A stretch of DNA of 64,000 nucleotides from an uncultured Planctomycetota bacterium (lineage in GTDB: Bacteria > Planctomycetota > Planctomycetia > Isosphaerales > Isosphaeraceae), in contig CAWGMQ010000005.1 in NCBI GenBank assembly GCA_963823665.1, forward strand, positions 32,001-96,000, read 5' to 3'. Both the position numbers and the translations under genes were made by a program. Below are positions 15,001 through 24,641 of the stretch, one piece after another. Position 1 is the stretch's first letter. Every line of letters starts with the position of its first letter. Under the pieces are notes generated by a model that searched no databases, was not told the DNA's origin, and saw only the letters and a program-made list of their open reading frames with translations.

Positions 15001-17029
15001 CAGCCTCGTCTCGGGCAGCACATATGACATCAATGGCCTGGCTGGGCTGACCGCGGCCGAAGGGTCCTACAGACTGACGGTCAATGCATCGGCGATCGAC
15101 GACACATACGGCAACGCCGGCACTGGCTCGCTGTCGAACTCTTGGCTGATGGACACGACCTCGCCCACAAGCACGGTCAACTCGCTGCCGCCCGAGACCA
15201 CATCCACGAGCTTTAACGTGTCGGTGACCAGCAATGACCCAACTGGGTCGAACGCGAGCACACCCTCGGGCGTCGCTTCCATCGCGATCTACGACTCGGA
15301 GGACGGCGGGTCGTACTCACTGTTCACGACCGTGACACCCGCAAGTCCCTCCGCTCTCTTCACCGGCCAGGCCGGCCACACCTACGGGTTCTTCAGCATC
15401 GCGACCGACAACGCGGGCAACGTCCAACCGACGCCGACCGCAGCCGAGCAAACCGTCCAGATCATCTCGCCGCTGAGTATCACGTCGATCGCGTCAGTCT
15501 CACCCAATCCCAGGAACACCGCCGTATCCAGCATCGACGTCACGTTCAGCGAACCGATCAAGCTCAGCACATTTACTGATTCCAGCGTCACGCTCACCGA
15601 CAACAGCGGCGGAAACCTCATCACGAGCGTGGTCACGTTTGCGTCCGTCTCGGGCTCGACCTACCAGATCAACGGCCTCAGCAGCCTCACCGCGAACAAT
15701 GGTAATTACACCTTAAGCGTGAACGCCGCGGGCATCGACGACCAGAACGGTAACCCGGGCTCGGGCAGCCTGTCGACCTCGTGGCTGATGGACACAACGC
15801 CCCCCACAAGCACGGTCAATTTGCTCCCGAAACAGGGCACGAGCCTCACGTTCGCGGTCACCGTCACTGGCTCGGACGACGGCTCGCCCGCTTCGGGCGT
15901 GAAGTCGTATAACATCTACTCAAGCACCAACGCCGGCGCCTGGTCCCTGTGGACGACCGTTCCGGCCTCCAACCCAACGGCCAACTTCACGGGCCAGAGC
16001 AGCACGACCTATGCCTTTTACAGCACGGCGACTGACAACGCCGGAAATACCCAGGCTTACAATCCGCTGATTGAGGCCAGTACCTATCTGCCAGACCTGA
16101 TCCCGCCGGTCACCGTGGTCGACGGCACGACCGGCACCAACCCGAGCACGGTCTGTACCGCGACCGGCACGTTCACGCTCAACCTCACCGGGACCGATCC
16201 CGGCGGCGGTGTCTTGACCTATTTCGAGGTCTTCGCGTCCGTCGATTCTGGACCTTATGAAATCGTCGGACCGGCGATTCCCGCGGGACCGGCCAATAGC
16301 GCGGGGATTGTCCAGGCGACCATTCCGTACCAGGGCATCACGGACGGCGCCCAGCACACCTACGCGTTTTACAGCATCGGGCTGGACAGCGGGGGCCATC
16401 CGCAAGCGGCACCAGCGACTGCCAATCTGACGCTTACAGAGACATTCGCGACGCCGACGCAGCTCCAGACGACGGCCTTGATCGTCGAGGACGGAGCGGT
16501 CGAGCGGTCGTTTATCCGTTACCTGCAAGTCGACTTCAACGAGTCAGACAGCCAGTCCGGCGGCGAGCTCACCCAGATCGTCAATTCACTGAAGACCGCA
16601 TCGCCCGAGATCCAACTCTATCAGTATGACTTGAACGACGACGCGTCGAGCAAGACAGCCGTCTCGCTCTCGGGAGTCACTGCCCTGGTGATCGACCACG
16701 CGATCGAGCTCGACTTCGGTGCGAACGGCCTGGGCGGCAGCCCCACGACCACGGCCGCCGACGGCTATTACGAGATCGATATCAAGCTTCCGAGTGGCAC
16801 GACCGACGTGCACAACTTCTACCGGCTGCTCGGCGACGTCACCGGTGATGGAACGGTGGACGAGAACGACCTGAATGAAATCGCCGCTGAAATCAATCTG
16901 TCAAACGCGGCAGGGTTCGCGCCCCTGGGCGCGGACGTGACCGGCGAGGGCACCATAACAGCGCTCGACCTGACGCTGGCGACCAGGGCGAAGGGGCACA
17001 AACTGAAGTCGGACCTCTCGCTTGGGTGA
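1..17029 (+). CDS. Giant multidomain extracellular/adhesin-like protein (5'-partial; one apparent frameshift near 8285 joins ORFs 1..8508 and 8411..17029)
   Basis: Both ORFs are Ser/Thr/Gly/Ala-rich beta-domain chains. After ...WTPG (~8285) the second frame continues the PKD fold (VAGTPSLAIVAAGHTYADVGTYDAELEIV) while frame 1 turns into Arg-rich junk. Domains by motif: 3 repeats of ~185 aa, Gly-rich region, PA14 (~3680-4120), lactonase-like beta-propeller (~4660-5670), PKD (TVDWGDG...HTY), Fn3/Ig-like, cohesin-like, C-terminal dockerin-like. Confidence 0.9.
637..2250 (+). repeat. Three tandem ~185-aa domains (YNRxGIVxxG...GGFDG...SDWATPQxY...VASITLP)
   Basis: YNR motifs start at 637, 1195 and 1750 (spacing 558 and 555 bp), with clear DNA and protein similarity. 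Confidence 0.9.
2470..3560 (+). repeat. Gly-rich low-complexity coding region with GGA/GGT/GGC runs
   Basis: Translation dominated by GGxGG motifs; near-pure GGN triplet tract at ~2960-3048. Confidence 0.9.
11306..15800 (+). repeat. Tandem array of seven ~639-bp (213-aa) Fn3-like + Ig-like units plus the start of an eighth
   Basis: The WL(L/M)D(T/I)T junction codon recurs at 11306, 11948, 12587, 13226, 13865, 14504, 15143 and 15782 (one 642-bp spacing, then six of 639 bp). Confidence 0.97.
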
Positions 17030-17154
17030 TCGAAGTCAGGGCGCGATCGCAGGGATTTCTGCATGACTGAGGAGCCTCAGGGCGAATTAGCGGCCCAGCA
17101 GGCGGCCTCTAACTCAGTTGCCGGGGATCTGCGCTACCTCGATCACGTCGTAGA

Positions 17155-17412
17155 CTACAAAGTAGCCGGCGCCTTCGTCGTTTTCCGGCAATCGGATCGC
17201 GTGGATGCGAACGCGGAATAATCCCTTCCACCGATTGGTTGCGGGTAGATTGCTATTACTTTCCGCTTCAGTTCATCGGACCAACCGGGAAGATGAACGC
17301 TGTAGACGATGTGGCGGATCGCTTTCAAAAGGACCGGTTCGTAGTGCTGGTCAAACGGTTCGCCAATTGGCGCGATCACAAAACAACGTGACCGATCGTT
17401 ATCGTCCGACAT
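17155..17412 (-). pseudogene. Possible remnant of a nucleoside 2-deoxyribosyltransferase/TIR-like protein
   Basis: The N-terminus RCFVIAPIGEPFDQHYEPVLLKAI resembles the CFVxxPxG..FD..Y start of such proteins; similarity is lost after ~35 aa. Confidence 0.35.
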
Positions 17413-17719
17413 ATGGTGATACTCTGCGATATTTCGCGGTGTGGTTCCTGGAACGCTAAATCACCGACGCCCCCACCGGCGCCTCGATGCGGGGCGGACG
17501 GACCTCAAGCTTTGGGTTCTCGATCGTACGACGCCCGCGGTCGGTTTAACGCTCACGTGATTCCCAATCATAATCTGGACTCTTGCAACAATCACCTTAT
17601 GGCCATCCTCCGGTCAGTAAGCTTTGACCTTGACAAGGATAGTGTACTTTTTTACACTACAACTGAAAGCGGAGGTTCATCGGCAAGGTTTGCGGCGGAG
17701 AAATCAGGAGATTTGAGAA

Positions 17720-18070
17720 ATGAATGACTGTGCCACTCTTTTGATGCGTCGGTTCAATCCGGGGGTATACGAAATTCGAACGCTCGCCGACGCACCCGTT
17801 TGGGCGGGGCTTGTGAAGACAGAAGAGGCGATCTTCGGCCGTGTTCACGCACTACCAGCGGGCGTCTACCGGGCTTATCGCGAGGATCCCCGAGTCAACG
17901 GCGAGCGTGACTCCGAGTTGTGGGGCGAATTGGTAAACGACGGGAACGGGTGCGTGACGAAGGCCGAGCTTGAACCTTCCGACGTGATGGAAAGGACGGT
18001 CCAGACTCCCGGCTGGCCGTCGACCCGCAATTTTTTTTGCAAGGTTTCCGAACGACGTGCGTACCGTTAA
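17720..18070 (+). CDS. Hypothetical protein
   Basis: 116-aa ORF with ATG and upstream AGGAG; no family recognised. Confidence 0.5.
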   Translation: MNDCATLLMRRFNPGVYEIRTLADAPVWAGLVKTEEAIFGRVHALPAGVYRAYREDPRVNGERDSELWGELVNDGNGCVTKAELEPSDVMERTVQTPGWPSTRNFFCKVSERRAYR

Positions 18071-18261
18071 TCAGGAAGCGGGTAGGAGCGCGATGAGATT
18101 GCGGCGTCGCTACCGTGAAGGGCCGAGGGGAACCAAACGCGGGAACACCCATGGTGAAACGAGTTAGCTGCTGGCCCCGCTCCACGGGGCCGGATATCCT
18201 GCGGCGGGAACGAGCAACCGGGGGCGGTCATCAGCCGCCCGTCAACGCCGGACAGCATCAC

Positions 18262-18876
18262 ATGACAAGCGCTGACACCCGAGTTTCGCTGATCGTCGGG
18301 GTTTGCCAGCAGGACCCCGATCGGTGGCGTGAATTCGACGCCATCTATCGGCCGATGCTCCTGGCCTATCTGAACAAGCGAGGCGTGGCCCAGTCTGATG
18401 CTGGGGATATCGTCCAGGACATCTTCGTGAAACTTCTCACCAAGATCCACACCTACGACCGAAGCCGGCAAAAGTTCCGGAGCTGGCTCTTCAGCGTGGC
18501 TCAAAACACCCTGATCGACCGGGCCCGCCGTCGGGCCGCGTACCAGAGGGCCCTTGATGGATGGGTCGTCCATGTGCTGAGGGCCACCCCTTCGGATAGC
18601 CACCAGATGGCCGAGGATTGGGTCAAGATCCACCGCGAAAAGATCCTCGAGCACGCCCTCAAGACAGTGCGCGCTCATGTTAGCTCCAAGTCATGGGCCT
18701 GCTTCGAGCAGCGTCTGCTCAAAAATCGCTCCGCGGTCGACATCGGCGCGGAGTTGAAGATCGCGCCCAGCGCTGTCCACGTGAACGCCTGCCGCGTCCT
18801 GAAGCAAGTTCGCGTTGTCTGCAATGAATTTGACGAGGATATCGGCCATGCTTTCGACGGCGACGTGTCCGGATGA
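18262..18876 (+). CDS. ECF sigma-70 factor (planctomycete kinase-associated type)
   Basis: TRVSL N-terminus, WREFDAIYRP, DIVQDIF, KFRSWLFSVAQN (region 2), region-4 IGAELKIAPSAVHVNACRVL. Confidence 0.9.
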   Translation: MTSADTRVSLIVGVCQQDPDRWREFDAIYRPMLLAYLNKRGVAQSDAGDIVQDIFVKLLTKIHTYDRSRQKFRSWLFSVAQNTLIDRARRRAAYQRALDGWVVHVLRATPSDSHQMAEDWVKIHREKILEHALKTVRAHVSSKSWACFEQRLLKNRSAVDIGAELKIAPSAVHVNACRVLKQVRVVCNEFDEDIGHAFDGDVSG

Positions 18877-18945
18877 ATCGGAGATGCTAGCGGTCGCCGC
18901 CGGTGAGCCCGCCTCGGCGGAGCTGCAACTGCACCTCGCCGATTG
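18848..18945 (+). pseudogene. Truncated N-terminus of the ECF partner (zinc-finger anti-sigma / Ser-Thr kinase type)
   Basis: Overlaps the sigma 3' end. Reads MLSTATCPDESEMLAVAAGEPASAELQLHLAD, then loses plausibility where HxxxCxxC would be completed. Confidence 0.55.
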
Positions 18946-19164
18946 GAGTGTTCGAGGGGACTTCGGCGCGTTTGGATGCCCGTGTGTTACTGCGATGCGC
19001 AACAAAAGCCACCGCGAGAGGGACGTTGATTGCGCGTGCCGTGTCGGACGTGGTCGCTGGCCAGCGGGGTGTCTCGGCGATTATCATCGTTTCGATCACA
19101 CGACAAGTACAATAAACCCGTCTGGACACCGACGATTAACTCCTCGCGTTGGTGGAGTCGCCGT

Positions 19165-20355
19165 ATGCAGGGAACATTTCTCGCCGAATGGATATCGCTG
19201 TTCTTGCTCTTCCAGGGCGGCGCCGATCCCGCGCCGTCGCAAGTGGCCAACGAGTCTCTCGTTCGTCAGGCGGAACAGGCCATTCGACGCGGCTACTGGG
19301 TTTCTGTCGAAAAGCTGCCGTTTGAAGCGTTTCTGCAGGGGCGGCGGTACAAGAACAAGGCGGTCGCCTATGACGCGATTCGAGGGTTGTTGAGCCTTTT
19401 GAATGATCCCACGACGCGGCTGCTCACGGCTGCGCAAGCCGAGGCACTGCTTGCGGACCTGGGCAGCGAAGGAGCCTCGACCCTCGGCCTCACGGAGGTG
19501 TTGCGACTCGACGTTGACCTGCGCTCGCACGCGATCACTGTGATCTCGCCGGTGCCCGGCTCGCCCGCCGCCGAAGCGGGGTTGCGATCGGGCGACGTCC
19601 TCGAGGCCGTCGACGGCATCTCGACCGACGGGCTGATGATCCACGAAGTGACCTCGCTGTTTCGCCGAAGTTCGAACGACACGGTCGCGCTCCGAATCAA
19701 ACGAGGGCACGCGCTTTTCCACTTGAAACTCGACCGCAAGATGAAGTGGTCGCCGCCGGCTGCGGCGAGCTACCGCAGGATCGACACGAAAGACGGGCCG
19801 GCCGGACTGCTGGCGATCACGAGCTTCACCGGAGACGCGGCCGAACAGACTCGCTTGGCGGCAGAGAAGTTCAAGGAGTGGGGCATTCGCGCGCTGGTGA
19901 TCGATCTTCGAGGCAACCCACGCGGACGGCTCGATGTTCTGGCGCGCATCTTGGGGCTGTTCCTGGGAGAGGTCGAGGCCGCGAAGATTGTCGACGCACA
20001 AGGGAAGGAGCGGATGGTCGTGAAGTCGACCGGAGAGCGAATCGTCCCGAAGGTTCCGCTTGCTGTTCTCGTCGACCATGGAACGGCGAGCGCGGCCGAG
20101 GTGTTTGCCGCGATCCTCAAGGAGCAAGCCGGCGCCACGATCGTCGGAAGCCAAACTCTGGGCAAAACCCTCGCCCATAACCTCGAACTGCTCGCCGATC
20201 GATCGGGCGTCTTTTTCACGATGGGCGAGCTGACAACGAGCCACGGCACCTCGCTCCTTCGCGTGGGTTTGCCGCCCGATGAGGCGACGGATGAGAACGC
20301 CGCTCCCGATCGCACAGTCGAGAAGGCGATCGAGATCATCCGGCGCAGGTCATGA
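19165..20355 (+). CDS. S41 family C-terminal processing peptidase with PDZ domain
   Basis: PDZ (GSPAAEAGLRSGDVL), DLRGNP motif, TASAAE catalytic Ser, TLGK catalytic Lys. Start codon uncertain. Confidence 0.88.
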   Translation: MQGTFLAEWISLFLLFQGGADPAPSQVANESLVRQAEQAIRRGYWVSVEKLPFEAFLQGRRYKNKAVAYDAIRGLLSLLNDPTTRLLTAAQAEALLADLGSEGASTLGLTEVLRLDVDLRSHAITVISPVPGSPAAEAGLRSGDVLEAVDGISTDGLMIHEVTSLFRRSSNDTVALRIKRGHALFHLKLDRKMKWSPPAAASYRRIDTKDGPAGLLAITSFTGDAAEQTRLAAEKFKEWGIRALVIDLRGNPRGRLDVLARILGLFLGEVEAAKIVDAQGKERMVVKSTGERIVPKVPLAVLVDHGTASAAEVFAAILKEQAGATIVGSQTLGKTLAHNLELLADRSGVFFTMGELTTSHGTSLLRVGLPPDEATDENAAPDRTVEKAIEIIRRRS

Positions 20356-20419
20356 CATGACAGCATATGAGAGCCCACCAGGTTTGACCCCGCCAGACGC
20401 CGAGATGATGCGAGGCGCC

Positions 20420-23400
20420 ATGAAAAGACCAAATCCGTCGTGGCTGATCTTGATCGTTCTGGTCGTGATGCGTGCGCAGCAGAAAACGGCCGCGGCGGAT
20501 GACTTTCCCCTGCCGCGGAATACCGAGGCCGCTGCCGGCGCACCAATGTCGGCCCGCGACGCGGCTGCGGGATTTCGCGTGCCGAAGGGATTTCATGTTT
20601 CTGTCTTCGCCGCCGAGCCCGACGTGCGCAATCCGATCGCCATGGCCTGGGACGGGCGCGGGCGGCTGTGGATCGCCGAGAATTACACGTATGCCGAGCG
20701 CGCGCAGCGATTTGATCTCAGGCAGCGCGACCGCGTGCTGATCTTCGAAGACGCGGACGCCGACGGACGGTTTGACCGGCGCACCGTGTTCACTGACGAC
20801 GTGCAGATGCTTGCCAGTGTCGAGCTTGGCCTGGGAGGCGTCTGGTTGTTGTGCCCGCCGCGATTGTTGTTCGTGCCCGACCGCAATCGCGACGATCGAC
20901 CTGACGGACCGGCCGAGGTTGTGCTTGACGGTTTCTCCGTTCCGGCCGAGAACTATCACACATTCGCCAACGGACTGAAGTGGGGGCCGGACGGGTGGCT
21001 TTACGGGCGCTGCGGTGCATCGTCGGCGGGGCAGATTGGGCCGCCGGGCACTCCGGAGGATTTGCGCGTCCCCATTCGCGGCGGTCTGTGGCGGTATCAT
21101 CCGCACCACAAGCGGTTCGAGGCACTCGCCCACGGCACGACCAACCCTTGGGGGCACGACTGGAACGCACTTGGCGAGCTTTTCTTCATCAATACGGTCA
21201 ACGGGCATCTCTGGCACATGGTTCCCGGGGCGCACTTCGTTCGGCCGCACACGGTGGATCCCAATCCGCGAGCGTATGCACAGATCGATCAGCATGCCGA
21301 TCACTGGCACTGGGACCATTCGAAGGAATTGATCCTGGGGGCGCCGGGGGCCGGTGACAGCGAGCGAGGCGGCGGCCACGCGCACAGCGGCGTTTCGATC
21401 TACCTGGGCGACCAGTGGCCGGCGGCTTATCGCGGGCGGCTGTTGACGCTGAATTTCCACGGGCGGCGTGTGAACGTGGAGCGGCTTGAACGCTCGGGCA
21501 GCGGATATGTCGGGCGGCATGAACCGGATATGCTGCTGGCCGAGGATCGATGGTTTCGCGGCATCGACTTGAGCTACGGCCCCGACGGGGGCGTGTTCAT
21601 CCTTGACTGGAGCGACACCGGCGATTGCCACGACCACGACGGCGTGCACCGCGACTCGGGCAGGATTTACAAGGTTACCTTTGGTGATCCGGCGCGAAAG
21701 GCGGCGGTCGATGTGTCGAAGCTCGCCGAAAGCGAGCTCGCCGCCCTGCACCGCCATTCGAATGAGTGGTTCGTTCGCCAGGCCCGACGCGAGTTGGCCG
21801 CGCGATCGGCACGCGGCGAGGCGCTGGTTGATGCGCGAGCGGGGCTCGCGGAGCTGCTCCGCAGCGGGGCCGACCCGGTTCTGAAGCTTCGGGCACTTTG
21901 GTCCCTCTACGTGATCGGGGACGTCGACCGCGATGTCCTCTTTACTTTGCTCGATCACGAGCACGAGTCGATTCGTGCGTGGGCCATCCGCTTGCTCACT
22001 GACCGGTTTCCGATCGACAGCATTTTCAGCCGCAGAATCGGAGCGGACGTGGAAACACCGGCGGATCTGCTTGCGAAGCTCACGCGGATGGCTCGCGATG
22101 ATGGATCAGGCCTGGTGCGGCTGGTGCTGGCCTCGACGATGCAACGATTGCCCGTGAAGCGCCGGGGCGATCTCGCTCGCGCGCTGCTGTCGCACGCCGA
22201 GGACAATTCCGACCATAACCTGCCGCCGCTCATCTGGACGGGGCTAATTCCGATGGCCGACTCCGACGCGGATGCGGGCGAGCTTGCCTCGCTGGCATCT
22301 GATTGCCGGCAGAGTGCTGTGGTCCGGTTGATTGCTCGACGGCTGGGGGAGGAAATCGATTCGCGTCCCGCGCCTCTGGACGCGCTGCTGGAGGCGACCG
22401 CCAACCGACCGCGTGAATTTCGTTCCGAGGTGGTTGGTGGGCTTGTCGACGCCCTGGCTGGAATTCGCAAGGCCAAGAAGCCTGCGGGCTGGGATGGGTT
22501 TCAAGCCAGGCTGGACACGAAGGGCGACTCGCGCCTGGCAGAGCGCGTGCGGGAGCTCAATGTGCTCTTTGGCGATGGGCGGGCGCTGAGCGAAGTCAAA
22601 CGGCTGGCGCTTGATAAGCACGCCGATCTCGAGACCCGAAGAACGGCGCTTCGCACACTAATCGACAACCGGCCCGGCGACTTGCGGGCGATCTGTGAGC
22701 GGCTCGTCGCGGAGCGCTATTTGAACGTCGTGGCGGTCCGTGGACTCGCCCTCTTTGACGATCCGGAGATCGGCAAGTCACTGGCGAGGAACTACCGCGC
22801 GTTCCATCCCAGTGATCGGCCGGTCGCGCTCGAGGTGCTGGTTTCGCGTCCGAGCTTTGCGCGGGCATTGCTAGAGCAGATCGCGACGGGGCGAATTCCG
22901 CGGAGCGATCTGACTGCGTTCCATGCCCGCCAGATTCAGAGCCTGGGTGATAACGCATTGAGCGCGCTGCTCGGGTCAGTGTGGGGCGAGATCCGCAATT
23001 CGGAATCGGCCCGGCGGGTGCGGATCAATCAGCTCAAGCAGGCGCTCGATCAACGCGCGCTTGGCCAGGCTGATCTCGGCCGCGGGCGGGCGGTCTATGA
23101 GCGGGTCTGCGCCACGTGCCACAAGCTGCATGGCGGCGGGGGCGAGATCGGACCTGATCTGACTGGCTCGGGCCGTGACAATCTGGATTACCTGCTCGAG
23201 AACATCGTGGATCCGGGTGCGACGGTGAGCGCCGATTTCCGGATGGTGGTTGCGGCGATGCGCGACGGCCGCGTCTTGAATGGTCTTGTCCGGGCGCAGA
23301 CTCCACGCACGGTCACGCTGCAAACGCAGAGCGAAGCGCTGATCCTGGAGCGTTCCGAGATCGAGGCTCTGCGGCCGTCGTCCGCGTCGCTCATGCCGGA

Positions 23401-23515
23401 TGGTCTACTCGAGACGCTGAACTCTGCGGAGATTCGCGACTTGATCGCGTATCTCGCGCACCCGACGCAGGTGCCGCTGCCGCGGCTGCAGGAGGGTGCG
23501 GTGGCGCCCGATTGA
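20420..23515 (+). CDS. PVC-type membrane-bound dehydrogenase-like / heme-binding CxxCH protein (beta-propeller, HEAT repeats, cytochrome c)
   Basis: FAAEPDVRNPIAMAWD, GTTNPWGHDWN, GPDG repeats, CATCH heme motif, GPDLTG, SLMPDGL. Confidence 0.92.
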   Translation: MKRPNPSWLILIVLVVMRAQQKTAAADDFPLPRNTEAAAGAPMSARDAAAGFRVPKGFHVSVFAAEPDVRNPIAMAWDGRGRLWIAENYTYAERAQRFDLRQRDRVLIFEDADADGRFDRRTVFTDDVQMLASVELGLGGVWLLCPPRLLFVPDRNRDDRPDGPAEVVLDGFSVPAENYHTFANGLKWGPDGWLYGRCGASSAGQIGPPGTPEDLRVPIRGGLWRYHPHHKRFEALAHGTTNPWGHDWNALGELFFINTVNGHLWHMVPGAHFVRPHTVDPNPRAYAQIDQHADHWHWDHSKELILGAPGAGDSERGGGHAHSGVSIYLGDQWPAAYRGRLLTLNFHGRRVNVERLERSGSGYVGRHEPDMLLAEDRWFRGIDLSYGPDGGVFILDWSDTGDCHDHDGVHRDSGRIYKVTFGDPARKAAVDVSKLAESELAALHRHSNEWFVRQARRELAARSARGEALVDARAGLAELLRSGADPVLKLRALWSLYVIGDVDRDVLFTLLDHEHESIRAWAIRLLTDRFPIDSIFSRRIGADVETPADLLAKLTRMARDDGSGLVRLVLASTMQRLPVKRRGDLARALLSHAEDNSDHNLPPLIWTGLIPMADSDADAGELASLASDCRQSAVVRLIARRLGEEIDSRPAPLDALLEATANRPREFRSEVVGGLVDALAGIRKAKKPAGWDGFQARLDTKGDSRLAERVRELNVLFGDGRALSEVKRLALDKHADLETRRTALRTLIDNRPGDLRAICERLVAERYLNVVAVRGLALFDDPEIGKSLARNYRAFHPSDRPVALEVLVSRPSFARALLEQIATGRIPRSDLTAFHARQIQSLGDNALSALLGSVWGEIRNSESARRVRINQLKQALDQRALGQADLGRGRAVYERVCATCHKLHGGGGEIGPDLTGSGRDNLDYLLENIVDPGATVSADFRMVVAAMRDGRVLNGLVRAQTPRTVTLQTQSEALILERSEIEALRPSSASLMPDGLLETLNSAEIRDLIAYLAHPTQVPLPRLQEGAVAPD

Positions 23516-23516
23516 T

Positions 23517-24641
23517 TCAGCAGTCCTCGACGGCCGTCAGGGTCTTTTCCCGTCCGACCGTCCGAGCTTCTCCGCACCTCATAACAAATCCATCGAGATA
23601 TTTAGCGACTTCTGGACGAGTGCCGCCGAAGACCGATTGCTCGAGCCTCCTGATCTGCTTCTCCATCCACGCCCAGTGTTGCGAAGGGATGGCATCGATG
23701 TGCAGCGGTTTTCCAAGGAGGCGAATCCTGTTTGTCATCGGGTTGTCGACCTCGCGGGTGACGGCCCTGAGCATCGCCGGGTCGCCGCCGAGATGAAAGA
23801 AGTAGGGCAGCATCAGCAGATTGTGGCTGGCTCCTTTGAAGGCCGTGCGTCCGGCGACGAGATCGGTATACTGCCAGATCACGCCGGTAGGGTGCACGAG
23901 CTGGGTTTCAAATTCACGGGATAGCTTGCACCGGCGCGACTGCATCTGCACGTGAAGCATCGTATCGAAGTCGACCAACCTGCCATCAACCATTTTCAGC
24001 TTGTTGAACAAATCGAAAGGACGGAATCGCTCTCGGAGATATGCCGCATCGACCGTCAACTCGCACGTTTTCAAGAGTTTCATATCCGAGGTGACGCCAT
24101 TTCCGCCGTACGCCGAGATGCCGCAGAACTCCGCATGCTCATTGAGCCAGTTTTCATAGAGCGAGTCGAAGAGCAGCGGGTGGATCGGCAGGGCGTCGAG
24201 ATCGTGAATGATCACGGCGCGTGTGATTGAGTGGGCGATCGCGACGCTCCAGGACAGCCAGCTATAGACCCAGCCCCAGTTGATCCGGTGTGCCACGAGG
24301 TCCTGCCAGGGGTTGTAGCCGAGAACGCGGATGCTGATTGACTCGGAGCATTCGCGAGCGGCCTCCCTGATTGCTTGCGGGATACGTTCGTCGGGGCGGT
24401 CAATTACCAGGATGAGCTCGCGCATCCGCGCAGCCGACTGCCGGGCGGCCAGACGGAGATTGGCGACGGCCAGCGGGGCGAGCGCTCCCATGGCGGCGAT
24501 GACGACGGTATATCCCGGTTCCGGGTCCGTAAGGGGCTTCCATGAGACAAGGTTGCGGAGCAGCAGATGCATCGGCAACCGCTTGTATTCTTTTCTTTTG
24601 AGACGAATCAAGGTGGAGACACGGTCGTGCGCTCGAAGCAT
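23517..24641 (-). CDS. Putative GT-A-fold glycosyltransferase-like protein
   Basis: YTVVIA first strand and IIHDLDAL DxD motif; overlaps the upstream membrane GT gene. Confidence 0.55.
   Translation of the reverse strand: MLRAHDRVSTLIRLKRKEYKRLPMHLLLRNLVSWKPLTDPEPGYTVVIAAMGALAPLAVANLRLAARQSAARMRELILVIDRPDERIPQAIREAARECSESISIRVLGYNPWQDLVAHRINWGWVYSWLSWSVAIAHSITRAVIIHDLDALPIHPLLFDSLYENWLNEHAEFCGISAYGGNGVTSDMKLLKTCELTVDAAYLRERFRPFDLFNKLKMVDGRLVDFDTMLHVQMQSRRCKLSREFETQLVHPTGVIWQYTDLVAGRTAFKGASHNLLMLPYFFHLGGDPAMLRAVTREVDNPMTNRIRLLGKPLHIDAIPSQHWAWMEKQIRRLEQSVFGGTRPEVAKYLDGFVMRCGEARTVGREKTLTAVEDC

Noticed and set aside
11306..15800. Regular repeats as a CRISPR array or DGR template/variable pair
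   Set aside because: Units are 639-bp in-frame protein domains with no spacers, and no cas or reverse transcriptase gene is in the window.
17095..17150. GGCCTCTAACTCAGTTG resembling a tRNA 5' end
   Set aside because: No anticodon arm, T-loop or matching acceptor stem follows.
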